The notes under the pieces were generated by a model, which searched no databases, was not told the origin of the DNA, and worked only from the letters and a program-made list of their open reading frames with translations. Of a DNA stretch of 64,000 nucleotides, positions 1 to 13,402 are shown in pieces (within the stretch, counting starts at the first letter, position 1; each line of letters begins with the position of its first letter). A program made the position numbers and the translations under genes. Where the stretch lies: the NCBI RefSeq assembly GCF_009914755.1, contig NC_060933.1; one strand, 5' to 3'. The stretch is from the human T2T-CHM13v2.0 reference genome, Homo sapiens.

Positions 1-1589
1 AATACATTTCAACTATTGGTTCCACATTGGAAAAATGGCATCTTTAAGGTCCAAAGTTTTACTTGATTAAATTCTTATGCTATTGTTATTTTACCTGTAT
101 AATTTATAAACTAACTGGGCAAATATTGGTTTGAGTAAATGGATTTTATTCAACATTCTCTTACTCTCCAAACGCATCCAATCTTTGTTTCCATCTCATT
201 TTCACACACACACACACATACACACTAGAAATGATAAGGGCAAAACATATTGTATGTTCAATGATTGTGGGATTACTCAAGTTAAAAGGAAAGGCATCAC
301 TGGAAAGTTCCTTTCAGTAAGTAATGGTCAATAAAGTCAAGTCTGGGTGGAGTCTTCTGGAAGCTTCACTCAGATCCAAGAGATAGAATCTTGGGCCATT
401 AACTCTGTTACAGAATCAAAGTTGCCATAGCAGGTATGAGATGGTCATTAGGTTTCACTCCCTTAAAATAATGCATTTGTAACTATGGAAGGAAAAAATA
501 TATATATTATTAAAAGTTTCATGTTGCTTATATTAGTAACACAAGTATAATAATGGATTTTGGGGTCATTGCATCGTGTGTGTGTGTGTGTGTGTATATA
601 CACTTTGTTTAAAGTTGGTTTATATATATAATTTTATATATATATACTTTGTTTAAAGTTAATTTGAATGCTTAAATAAGACTGATACTACATTTATAAA
701 TGTTTTATTATACTTACAAGCATGGCTTAAATTCGTAGTACTATTTTCCTCATAAAATCTACATATTTTCCTCGCTAAATGTTTGAAGTGATTAATATAA
801 TCAGGTAAATAAATTTTTGATTGTAGATTGAAGTGTAAATCAATTTAATTATGTAAGTAGAAATAGATGTTTAAACAGATTTTAATTTCTCAAATATATA
901 ACCTAAACATAAATTGAAACCAGTAAAATGACTAATCTTATTTTACCAGTTAATTATGAAATTAGAATAAGTTTAACTTCTCAAGAATAACTAAATTTTA
1001 AAATTAAGTGTAATAATTGAAATATCTATTTTAAAAAGTAACCCGACCTATTTCTTCCATGTAAAAATCATCCCCTCCTATATTACAAAAAGACCAAGTA
1101 GACTTAAGTTTAAATATCTTACCATATGCTATGATATATATTTTTGCATTATAAGCATATAAATTTCATTTTTTAATGTGCACAGCAACAATGATATTCA
1201 ACCATTATTTGAAAACCCCCAGATTTCTAACTGTAAACTTTTCTCAACCAAAATCTTCACATTTATATTCTGTGACTGAGAAGACACTCAGCCATAAGGT
1301 AAAGCGTACTAAACGTCCCTTTGAATCAAGCTAAATGTGAAATGAACAAGTAACAAAAGATGAATTGTTTTTAAAATAACCCCAAAAAACTACTGTAGGA
1401 TCTGTTGTTTAATAAGATGAAACAAAAACTAAATATTTCATAGCTATTTCAGAAAAAAATAAACAAAAAGCATATTATTTCATTTTTATACACTTTAGAT
1501 ATCTTACACTTCATGACTGTTATTTCCAGTTATTTCAAGACTTAGTCTAAACACTACTACTTTATTCCAAGAAGAATATTATATCTTTT

Positions 1590-1792
1590 TTCCTTCTCTC
1601 TACCCTTTCCCTTTATTCCTTTCCCTTCTCGCTTTCCCTCTTTGTCTTTTTTCTTCCTTCACTTCTATGGTTTTTTCTTCTTTCCATCATCCATTTCTCC
1701 ATTTCTCATCTTCTCTTTCCTCCCCACAGGTATCCCTCCTTCTTTCTCTCACATTCCTACTTTCCCTCCCCACCTTTTCTCATTTCCTTCCC
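1590..1792. repeat. CT-rich low-complexity polypyrimidine tract
   Basis: About 200 bp made up almost entirely of C and T. Confidence 0.8.
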
Positions 1793-1849
1793 CAAATACA
1801 TGTTTTTGTTGATGTGCAAGACATTGCATTTTAAAAATCAATTTGGTTT

Positions 1850-1975
1850 TGCAGCTTTATTGAAGTATAATTGACAAAAGAAAATTGTATATATTGAAGC
1901 TGTACAACCTGATATTCTGATATATGTGTATGCACTTTATAAAATGATTGCCATAATAAAGTTAATTAACATATA
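1850..1975 (-). mobile_element. L1MA/L1MB 3'-end fragment
   Basis: ctttattgaagtataattgac...aattgtatatatt...gttaattaacatat resembles the antisense 3' terminus of old L1MA/MB elements. Confidence 0.7.
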
Positions 1976-2839
1976 AAGCTATAGTAAATCAAACAAAATG
2001 ACATTCTTATTAAATACCTCTCAATGTTCAAATATTCAATATTTTGGGACTAAGATTTATTTTGAAAATATTATTCATAAATGGATGTATTTCTCTAATA
2101 ACTGCTTACATGCTGGGAAAATAGCATCTTTTAAAGTTGAGTGCTGTATCTGATGGAATCCTTTTCCTTTTTCCCTTGCATAATGTAGAAAATAAATAGC
2201 TAAATATTGGTTGAGTCAATTATTTTATTCAACTCCCTGAACACATACTCCAGAGATAGAAGAAAAAATAATTTTTACTAACATTAAATTAATGCAAAAA
2301 TTTATTAAGTGTAGTTGCCAATTACTATAAGGCCTTCACAGAGAGAAACAAGGTAAGGTGAATACATCACCTTAGATTTTAAACTGTTTAGGAATTTTCT
2401 ACACATTAACCAATTTATTTCAAAAGGCAAATCTAATAAAACTCTGATTGCAGCAGTGACTTCTCGCCATACCATTGGAAAGGAAGGACATATCGTAATA
2501 GTGACTTAGCTCACCAGTTTGGAATGACCATATATGCTGTTTATCCTCATGCCTCTTAACTAATAAGTAAGACCAGAAATTCATTTCAGAATGGAAAATA
2601 AGTAAGTAAAATATATAATTACATCATTTAATATACTTTGGATATTGTCCCTGTACCGGCCCAGAGTAGAGAAAATTGTTAGACTATGGATATTTTTAAA
2701 ACAATAAGCCAGAATCTATATACTGACCCAGTTGACTCTTCTCTCCCTTTCCTCTCAACCTCTTTGATCTATTTATGGCTTAAAAGAGAGCATACACTAA
2801 CTATTCCACAGAAGTTTTAAAAAATAGAATAAAAATGGG

Positions 2840-3535
2840 ATCTACCAAGGTATTATCTCTCAACTCGAAGCCCACACTCTGTTTTGTGCGAATAAAGGGA
2901 GACAGATCTGCAAAACACATTTCTTCCTTGCCAGCTGGTGCTTTGTTAGACTCTACCAACAGGAGACAGAGTATAGGAATGGTGAAGCCAGCAAGAGTGA
3001 AAGGGAACATACTTTTCTTGTTTCCTTGCTCTTCCTGTTTTTGCTCCCAGTTCTTTATGCCTCCTATCAATATCACCAAGGCAATGTTTCCTCATTTGAC
3101 AGTAAGAATTTGTCTGGAAGTATCAGTGGATTTTAGCCTGTAGTTTCTCCAATACTCACTGAAACAGACACAGCACACACCTTTAGCAAGACCTTATTCT
3201 CAGAGGTGTGATTTCCAGGCCTGTAGAGTCTCTTTTCCAATCTGAGAGACATCAACACAAAGGGAGCAGCATCCCCTACTTATAGGACCAAGTTCCAACT
3301 TTCTGAAGTTGCCTCCTAAAAACATCCTAGTTTCAATATTTCTCATGTCTTCTCCTTGTTCCCACAGTTCTAAAGGAAATAGTTGTTTTTTGCAGTTGCT
3401 ATGCTGTAATATGTTAATGCTGCTTTTTACTCTTCTCAGATCTTCAAAACCTAGTGAAACATTTCTTTATAATACATTCTCTCTCTTATAATAACTGGTA
3501 TGTTTATGTCTCTTGACTGGATCTGGGCTCATAAG
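2840..3535 (+). mobile_element. Old ERVL LTR (LTR41-like)
   Basis: ctgcaaaacacatttcttccttgccagctgg and the terminal ataactggtatgtttatgtctcttgactgga resemble the recalled LTR41-type consensus; boundaries approximate. Confidence 0.55.
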
Positions 3536-3574
3536 CCACCTAATTAAAAATAGTATTTCCTCTGATTCTTATAT

Positions 3575-3790
3575 TTCCTATTTCCACTCTATTTTATTTC
3601 TCTTCATATTAATGATCTTTAGTTGAAGTACTGTGTTTTTCCACTTATTAATATTTTTCTTGCATCTCCTACTAAGTTTCAGGGAGGCAAAGATTTCTGT
3701 ATGCTATGTTCACTGCTATTCTTGCAATCACTAGAACATTGACAAACAATAAGTAAACAGTAAACATGTATTGTGTAAATAAATAAATGG
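3575..3790 (+). mobile_element. L2a 3'-end fragment
   Basis: gaggcaaagatttctg...tgttcactgct...ctagaaca...aataaataaatg is a typical L2a tail. Confidence 0.65.
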
Positions 3791-5604
3791 ATATATGGTA
3801 AAAAAAAAAAACTCAGTGAAGAAAACTATGAATCAAAAAAGGGATAATAATTATCTGAAATCTTCCACCTCGAAGTACAAATTATCATAATTAATATTGA
3901 GAAAACACCTTTCTTAGCCATCCTAGTATATAAAAACTTGATGAAACATCAATGTAGATAGAAAGCACTTATGAACAGAAAAAAATAAAAAATAGAAAAT
4001 AAAAAAATTTTAAAAAGATTATTTTGATAAAATATTAAATCCATTTTAAGTGAAGGTATAAGAATGAAAAAGGCCAGAATTACTGAACGAGAGTTAAGCG
4101 TGTACCATATGAAATATTAGTTATTAAAAAAGCTTGAAAATTGGCAAGCAGATTGCTTAAATAATTTTCCCTACTGACCTTTTTACGTGTATAGTGTTAT
4201 AAGTTTTTAAAAATGTCCTCATAATAAGCATATGGACTCCAGTTCCTCACAGTTCCACCTACTCCCAATTGCCTTAAATCCAATTATTTCATTCCCTTTA
4301 CTATGTGTCTGGCATCTGGTAACATTTGAGTTTATGGCCAAATGAGTTTATGTTTAAAGATATCTGTAAATTTAATGAATATGCTTTCATGGATACTTGA
4401 AGTAGTTGAGGCTTTATCATTTGATAGATGTCTCAGGAACAGGATTGAAGATGTACAGTCCTTTAAAAATTAAAAGCTGTCTCTGTAATACTACCAATAT
4501 GACAAAATACAGCTGGTTTGCTACATGACACAGAAGAGTGATTCATTTCCTCAAATTTCCTTAGCAGAGATGTGCCTTTATTCGGGTTGCAATATAAAAG
4601 TAAATTTTATTTATGGAAACTTTATTTTAAATTACTTCTCATGATCTCAATGTCCCTTCATAATTTACAAATATCTATCCTGGGAGTAGATCTCTGTATG
4701 CTAGTCCTTGTACTAAGAATAGGCAACACAACCTAGAATTGAATGTCTTGGTCCTCAAGGAACTTACTGAAATTTCTCTTTAGAGATCTTATATGTTTAT
4801 AAAGTAATCTAAGAAAACTGCCATAAATTAGACATCATAGTGTGTAAGTCTCCCTTGAAAAGGTCTATTATAAATCTCCCCTTCAATATAGAGTAGATGG
4901 AATAAATAATCAAGGTAATCTTTTTCACCAAAAAACTGCAGCCAGCATACTTGTTTGTCCTATTATATATCTATATCTGTATCTATAATCTCCATGAATC
5001 ATTCAAATATCTATCTTTTGAGAGAGACACACAGAGATATGAGATAATAATATTGATACATTTAATTTGGGATATTATTTATCAATGAAAATAATGTACT
5101 AATTGGACATTAGGATAGATCTTCAATTTATATTCCAAGAAAACCGAAAAGAGAAAAGGGAGAAGCAGCTCAGCAATCACTCTTAGCCCATCTCTCAGTT
5201 ACTAGTCTTTGCTTGGGGAGGGTTGTTGGTGTTAGATCCTAAGTAGCCTCCTTCTTAATACTTTCCATGAATGAAAAAGTATTTTCTTTTCTAGCTCAGA
5301 GATTTCAAAATAGGGCACCATATAGTGCTGGTGATATCAACCATTATAGTAAAGATAGGAGATCAGGAAAAAAGCATAACCTGATTTGAACTGGGTCTTT
5401 TGCTTTTTATTTGTTTTTAAATTTTAAAACAATTTTTAATCCAGGTGTAGAAACCCCATGTTTATTATCCCTAAACTGGAACAGCTTCAGATAGCAACTT
5501 TTTTTTTTTAATTTAAAAGCAGTTTCAAAACTTGAAAGTATATGGAACCAATTTAACTACTATTTGATAATATCTGGAACAGAAAAAAGATCCAGTATTC
5601 ATAA

Positions 5605-5800
5605 ACTACTCAATGCTGAGTACTGAGCTATGTTGCTTGAATAAATTTTGTTTCATTTACTGATTATAACAACTCTGTGAGGAGAGTTATTTCTATTCAA
5701 AATGTATAGCTGAAGAAAGTGAGATTTGAATATTTTAACTAATTTCCCAAGGTATATATTATACAGTAGAGGTGGGACTAAACTAAGGAGAGGCTAGAAG
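5605..5800 (-). mobile_element. MIR SINE fragment
   Basis: aacaactctgtgagg...atagctgaagaaagtgag...aactaatttcccaagg matches the antisense MIR core. Confidence 0.6.
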
Positions 5801-6296
5801 CCTCGTCCATGATTTTTTCTTTCTCTTTGCCCAGCTGTAAAATTAGGGAAAAAAACCTCTTAAGTTTCTTCCAGCTCTGAAATACTGATTTCCATTTAAA
5901 TAATATCTCAAATAGATATTAATTAGTAAAATTCTGTATATCTTTTTCCATTCTTAGTAAGTTGATTTATTCATATCTTCAATATAGACCTAGAAGAGTA
6001 GAATTTGAATTGGGCTAGTCAAAGACATATATTTCTTACATGTTCTCCCTAATGCCTCTGGATATCTTTTCACATTGTAGTAATAAAAAAATGGAACATT
6101 AGATATACCTTTAATATAGATTGACCCTATAATCTCCTTTAACTAAAGGATCTTATGCTAGTGACTCTCTAAACATTTATATTGCTGCTTAGAGGCCCAG
6201 TCAACAAAAGAAGTCTTCAGTAGCTGGAGACATCACTCCATCATTTCTTTTTCATTTACTAATTCTATATTTTTATTTATGCATGTATGTGTCTGA

Positions 6297-6627
<331 letters not shown>

Positions 6628-6825
6628 ACAGCAGGGCTCTTAATAAAGCTATTGCCACCTGTTTTACTGTTACACTTTTCCCCTGCTTCTCATTTCCTCT
6701 TAACCCAAAGTTATCTGTGGCATCAGACAGACTTTGTACAGAGTTTATATTATTATAAGATATTATCTTTATTAATATTTAGTATTTGTCTGCAGAGCTA
6801 GTGACACCAGAAAACTTAGAGAAAA

Positions 6826-6862
6826 CACACACACACACACACACCCACACACACACACACAC
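6826..6862. repeat. (CA)n microsatellite
   Basis: Near-perfect CA run. Confidence 0.9.
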
Positions 6863-7559
6863 CAGATTAGCCAGAGGGTATTTTTATTTATTAGGTTCCT
6901 GGTGTGCAATTAAAATGAAAATAACATGTTAAAACAAGTGCACATTGCTGATTCCAATCTGCCTGAACAGTAACCATCTGTTAAAGTAAAATTCACACTG
7001 ACTTTCCCAGCAATGAAAGTCCTTTCATAATGTATGTGACAACAGAAGGGGAATCTAAACTGAGAGAGAAATATTGGGTGAGAAATAGTGAATGTCCTTT
7101 GAACAGGTCAACAGTCAATTCTATAATCTTCTTGTCTGAGAATAGACATACACTATTTACAATATGTCATTGAAAAATTTCTTTACTGATTTAGAATTCA
7201 AATGGCTGTGATCTCCTCAAAAGACCAAGAAAAAAATTCCTAAGTATTCATATGTTCTTTATGTGTTTCTTAGTATGGTTATCTCTTTCTTGATTTGTTC
7301 TGTAAGGGACATGTTGGATGAAAAATTTAAGGCCTTTCAATGGTCCCTGATACCTTCTTTAAAAGAGTCTAACACTGTTTTGTACATTTCATTGTTTGAC
7401 ATTATTTTAATACTTTGGGCAGCCCCATTCCTCTGTTCATGTTTTTCTTCCTGTGTCTGCAACACCAGAAAGTTCTAGTTCTTTCGTGACCTTCCTGAAT
7501 TTCCTTTTGTGGTAATACTTTTTCTCTTCTTATCTGATAAATATAGGCATTGCTCATTC

Positions 7560-7864
7560 TTTTTTATTTATTTATTTATTATTATTATTTTTTGAGACGG
7601 AGTTTCACTCTTGTCATCTAGGCTGGAGTGCAATGGCATGAAAGATCATGCCAAGAGGCTCACTGCAACTTCTGCCTCCCGACTTCAAGCAATTCTCCTG
7701 CCTCAGCCTCCAGAGTAGCTGGGATTACAGGCACGCACCACCACGCCCAGCAAATTTTGTATTTTTAGTAAAGATGGGGTTTCACCATGTTGGCCAGGCT
7801 GGTCTTGAACTCCTGACCTCAGGTGATCCACCTGCCTCAGCCTCCCAAAGTGCTGAGATTACAG
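7560..7864 (-). mobile_element. AluSq/Sp-like, slightly 5'-truncated
   Basis: gagtttcactcttg and caatggc diagnostics; TSD tgctcattcttttt starting at 7551 and 7865. Confidence 0.9.
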
Positions 7865-8219
7865 TGCTCATTCTTTTTTACTATCTTTTTCTCTTTAACT
7901 ATTATACTGGAAATACTATTACCCCTACATTTACCTCTGAGAATAAAGATCTACATTTGTGCTATTATTCCTGACTTATTTTCTGAGTTTCAGCATTTCC
8001 ACGTAATAGTTAGTTCTACCTTAAGTAGAACTGATAATCCACTGACATCTCAATTTAATGATTCATCTTAGATATCCAGTTACTCCCAATTAATTGAGGT
8101 TATTTTGTTCATAAAGTTGCTTACATAATAACTCCAGAGGTATGTTGAGCCCCAGAATTGGTTACATCAGCTACACAATGTTCTCTGTGTTTCCACCCTA
8201 CATGTCTTGGCTTTGACTC

Positions 8220-8480
8220 TTTAAGCTGGTACTAAGATAGCTTCAGTTGTTCTGGGCATCACATCTAGACATACAATTGTTGAAAGTAAGGTGATGAACG
8301 AGCTTTTCCTATGACTTTGTGTTAGAGACAAGTACCCTTACACAAAGCTAGCTCCAACCTCACACCACCAATAGATTTCCCTTCATTTGTCTCTGGCCGT
8401 AACTGAGACTAATTCTCTTTTCTAAGCCAATTATTAACAGAGAGAAATGAAAATCATGACTGGTTTAAACTAATAACCTG
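8220..8480. mobile_element. Old MaLR/ERVL LTR fragment (MLT1K/L-like) within L2 remnants
   Basis: ctgggcatcacatc...agatttcccttc...ctggcc...aagccaatta...catgactggtttaaac; heavily diverged. Confidence 0.45.
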
Positions 8481-10874
8481 GGGTTGAATGAATATTGGGG
8501 AGGCAATAAGAATGTCCTTGATTATATTACCTCCTTTCTATTACTAACTAGCAAAATTCTATTAATCTTTAAAGCATATATCTTCTAAATCTTTTTATGC
8601 CTACAAAACCTCCATATTTTTTGTCTACACTGTTTATATAAATTTTACCATGTGCAGACTTGCTGACCAATATTTCTGTATGTCTTAGCTAACCTGAATA
8701 CTTGCTTTATTTATTTGTAGAGGAAAATGTTACATTGAGATTTAGATATCAAGTCCATTGGCCCCGTAGGCCCTACGAGCCCTCACTCTAATCTGGGGTT
8801 TACCGTACACCCCAATATCTCTGTATAAGTCCCAACAGGGACTACCGAAAGTAGTCTTTGGGATTACCACTACCTGATCCTCTACCATTTCTATGTTCTT
8901 GTATCATCAGTGTCTGACTGGCTGACTGACAGAAGGTCAAAATGTTTTCTTATTCCCAGTTAAGTCAACAGCCTTACTATAGGAGCAAATCCAAAAGATA
9001 ATATAAATGATTCATTTTGAAATATAGAACTTATATTGATGATATGCATCTATGTAGACTTCATTGGGAATATATAAGGAAATGTAGATAAGCATTTAAA
9101 GAAAAAGATTATATGATATTTAAAAATCACAAAACTTCAACGATGGTAAAGTCGTTTCATGGACTAATAATAGTCCATAATGGCAAAGAAGGAAAACAAT
9201 CTATATATCCATTCATTACATACTTACTCTCTCTATATAAAATATTGGATCAATTTTTTTTCTAGGATGTTTCTAGCTTCTAGACACAGGTAACTCATAT
9301 ATTCACATGAATGCACTTTATCCATTTTCACTTTTTATCATTTTTCTGAAAAAATATAGTTTGTCTCAATTATATTTAAAAAGAGCCATTATTTCATATA
9401 AGAACAAGACATTTGGAAACAATGAATTGAAAGCATACATGATTTTACATAGGAAAATGCCTGCTTTTATGATAAGAGAGAAATAAGTAATTTTACATGG
9501 CAATAGAATGAAATTCACATCATAACTCTTTCTGAGAATCTCTGAGAATCATACTCATTTGCCATATGTAGATGAAAATTAAATAACTGTCAAAATGTCA
9601 GCTATATAGACATATAAGCTAAGAAATAAAAATTCTATATTTCAATAAAAAATGTGTTCTTTTCCTGGTAATGCAAAAGTCTCTAGGAAGTTTTATCTGT
9701 TCACAACTATAGACACCTTGGTTTAACTGAGTCTTTGATGAAAAAATGAGAAGACAAAGCACTTGTCATCCATTCAGGCTTGTTGTTTCATTGATGTCAC
9801 TGAATACAGTATAAATAATAATAAGCCTCTGACTACTTACAGCTTTTCTCAGCATTAAATATGCTGCTTGATGAATGGCTGAAATAAACTGTACTTAACT
9901 CTTGTATGTCATATTTTTAGTATCTAGGCTCTATTACCTTCATTATTTTCTGAGTGGGACCTCTGAATTTTCCCTGGCATCTGGGAAGCTAGACTCCATG
10001 GTAGAAGAAGACATGTAGGATTTAACCACGGAACACTGAGAAGAATAAAGTTAAAAATCATGTGTTTCTCTTTAAGAAACAGAACACAAGAACTCATTTG
10101 GGAGAAAATATGAGTGTTCTGTAGATGAAGACACAAAATAAAATAAAAAGCAGTTCAGATAAATTATCTGAAACTTGTTGAAGTGACTGATGGTAATTAC
10201 TACAACACTAAATTGATTTTGATATTTTTGGTAAAAAGAAGCGAAGACTGCAAAGACACTATGAGCGGGGGATGTTTGCCTAGAAATTTCAATCATGGGC
10301 ACACTGTAGAATCAAGAGTCATACAATGATTTTAGGAACCAATTAAACCAACACAAACCAAAGTTATTCAAAACAAAACAAAAAACAAGCGACAAAACTA
10401 CAAGTAAACATTTCACAAAGTCTCTGAGAATGCTCTATAGAATTTGTATGTGGAATACATTAGAAGCTTCAGCCTGGGGCAGATGGTTGCCAAAAGGCAG
10501 CAGCGAGGGCGGAAAGAAAGCTTTAGATTTTGTTCCTGCTTTTCGCCTATTCACTTGCCTGGGATAATCAGTGCCTCTCCTCACTGCAGGGAACTACCAG
10601 GGCTGATATCTGCATAGGAAGGATAAGCAAAAGCCCTGCTAAGGTAAAGTACTGATAAAATTAAAACTAAACAACAAGCTACACTGGGACATTCATTCCT
10701 TACCATCTCCCTGAAAATGGCTAGATTATAATCTAGAGTGTTGCTATAATTTCTACTATGACATATAATTTAGCACTGAATATATTTATTTGTGTATATG
10801 TATACAACATGTATGCATATAAATATGTATTTGTAGTATACATACATGTAGCACTATATATAGATATATATGTA

Positions 10875-11308
10875 CAGGTGACTCTTGAACAACATAAGGG
10901 TAAGAGGCACCAACTCTCATGCATCGGAAAATCCATGTATAACTCTTTACTCCCCCAAAACTTAACTACTAATAGTCTACTGTGGACCCAAAGTCTTAGC
11001 AAAAACATAAGTAGTTAATTAACATGTATTTTGTATGTTACGTGGATTATATAATGCATTATTACAATAAAGTAAACTACAGAAAAGAAAACGTTATTAA
11101 GAAAATCATAAGGAAGATAAAATATTCTTGCTATTTATTTGGTGAAAGTGGATTATCATAAAGTTCTTCATTCGTGTTGTCTTTATGTTGACTATGCTGA
11201 GGAGGAAGAGGAGGGGTTGGTCTTACTGTCTCAGGGGTGGAAGAGGATGAAAATTTGTGTATAAGTGGACTTGCTCAGTTAAAATCTGTGTTGTCCAGGG
11301 GTCAACCA
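10875..11308 (+). mobile_element. Tigger2a (TcMar-Tigger MITE), complete
   Basis: Terminal inverted repeats caggtgactcttgaacaaca / tgttgtccaggggtcaacca, TA on both sides, 434 bp. Confidence 0.9.
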
Positions 11309-11525
11309 TATATATATACACACATTATGGTGTATATATATATATATATATACACACACACATACACATTATGGTATATATATATACACACACATTATGG
11401 TGTATATATATAGTATATACACACATATCTAATGTATATATACACAATATATAACGTATATATACACACACATATATGTGTATATGTATATATATAATGT
11501 ACACACATATATATAATATATATTT
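11309..11525. repeat. Compound (TA)/(CA) microsatellite with three cacattatggt units
   Basis: Seen directly. Confidence 0.85.
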
Positions 11526-11559
11526 ACACTACAAACTAAAGTTAATGGTGATACTGAAA

Positions 11560-12840
11560 AACTATGCATTTGCAGACATTCATATTATTTATTAAAACAA
11601 ATCTTAGAATTAGTAAAATATGCCTATAGAGATATTATCAAGACATAAATAAAGACAAATAGCTAAGTCAACCTTAAAGAGAGACTATAAAATGAAAATG
11701 GGCAGTAGAATACTGGTTGGCTTATGCACAAGACGCCAAGATATGCTGTAAAGCCACAGCAGTAGCGATGGCGTTAAAACAAGAGGAGAGAAGCAGCCAC
11801 AGGAAGCAGCAGTGAGAACGAGAGGAGAGAAGCAGCCACAGGAGGCAGCCGTGAGAACGAGAGGAGAGAAGCAGCCACAGGAGGCAGCCGTGAGAACGAG
11901 AGGAGAGAAGCAGCCACAGGAGGCAGCACCAAAACTTAACAGCACATCTATGTGTATGTGAAAATTTCATACAACATAAAATTGACACCATAAGTTATTA
12001 AGAAAATTATGAGTTCTTTAGTAGGTAGTATTAGATTGCTGACTCATTATAGAGAAAAAATATAAAATGGAATTTCATATGCAAACATGGACTACATAAC
12101 ACAAACTCCATGTGAAAAGTTAAAGAATTAATAGAAAAAACCATAGGAATTTATATCCATCAATTATGAAGAATGAGGAAAGTTTTTTCATGTTTTCTAT
12201 AATGAAGAACTCCATGACAAAGTTAATAATCATATTAGAGAATATAGAAGACATTTGTAGTATCTGAAAGCAACAAGGGAGTTATTATTGCTTCTACTGT
12301 GCAAGCAACTTCTACATATTCACAAGAGCAAAATAGCAACTTCAAAACATTAATGGATATTGTATACAAACAAGTAGTTTTTAAAGAATATCAAAATCTA
12401 GCAAAAATATCACCAAATTCTTTAGTAATGAGAGGAATACAATAAAGGAAAGTTAACTATTATTTTATACCCAGGGTATTGGTAAAAATCAAAAAAAGGT
12501 AATACCAAGTATTGATGTAGAGTATAGGTAACCTCACATCCTACAGATGGCAGTCACTCCAGAGAGCAAACTAAAACTATTTAGTCTATAAGTATATTAA
12601 TAGCCTATGAACCAACAATTTCACATTCAGGTACACAGCACAAATTTTTACACTATTCCAAAAGGTGCAGGCACATGCATATTCAATGTGCAGTTTTATT
12701 CATGGAAGCAGAGAGGTGAAGGCAAATAGAATCAGCCATCACTGGGAGTGTGAAGAGTCAGAGTCAGACCATGGACTATTATTAAGCAGTTAATTACAAC
12801 AGGTATATGTGATATTGGCAAACAAACTATATTAAACCAC
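11560..12840 (+). mobile_element. Ancient L1M(E) ORF2/3' remnant
   Basis: A-rich degenerate L1 motifs (caagatatgctgtaaagccacagcagta; aataccaagtattg; cctatgaaccaacaatttcac). Confidence 0.55.
11782..11927. repeat. 39-bp minisatellite, ~3.7 copies
   Basis: Unit agaggagagaagcagccacaggaggcagccgtgagaacg starts at 11782, 11821, 11860 and 11899. Confidence 0.95.
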
Positions 12841-13073
12841 AGTTTAAATAGAGAATGTAAAATTCAAGCTAGAAAGTAAGGTAAAATCAAAGATATATTT
12901 ACAGCAGAAAATTCAGAGTATGACATCCTTTTCATCTACTTTTGGTAGAAGACATATTAGTCTACTGGTGGAAAGAAAATATTTAGTTGTATATTCAGCA
13001 TCCATACAGTAAAAATCAAAGTAATTACTGATAAATGAGTAATGAGATTTGAGCAATAAGAAATGAGATTTGT

Positions 13074-13402
<329 letters not shown>

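Noticed and set aside
1700-1735. Strong-looking splice acceptor ttcctccccacag|G
   Set aside because: Expected by chance within a long CT tract; no partner exon structure.
8760-8782. NUMT-like gtaggccctacg
   Set aside because: The resemblance to mitochondrial ND1 is too short and does not extend.
8836-8880. Hammerhead ribozyme (CGAAA, ctga)
   Set aside because: CGAAA sits in a hairpin loop and there is no CUGANGA core in the required topology.
10575-10650. Possible + strand exon (ctcactgcag|...aag|gtaaag)
   Set aside because: Lies in MIR-like sequence with no other support.
11685-11991. Cys/Leu-rich repeat ORFs (AASCGCFSPLVLT)n
   Set aside because: By-product of a 39-bp repeat whose length is a multiple of 3; no gene context.
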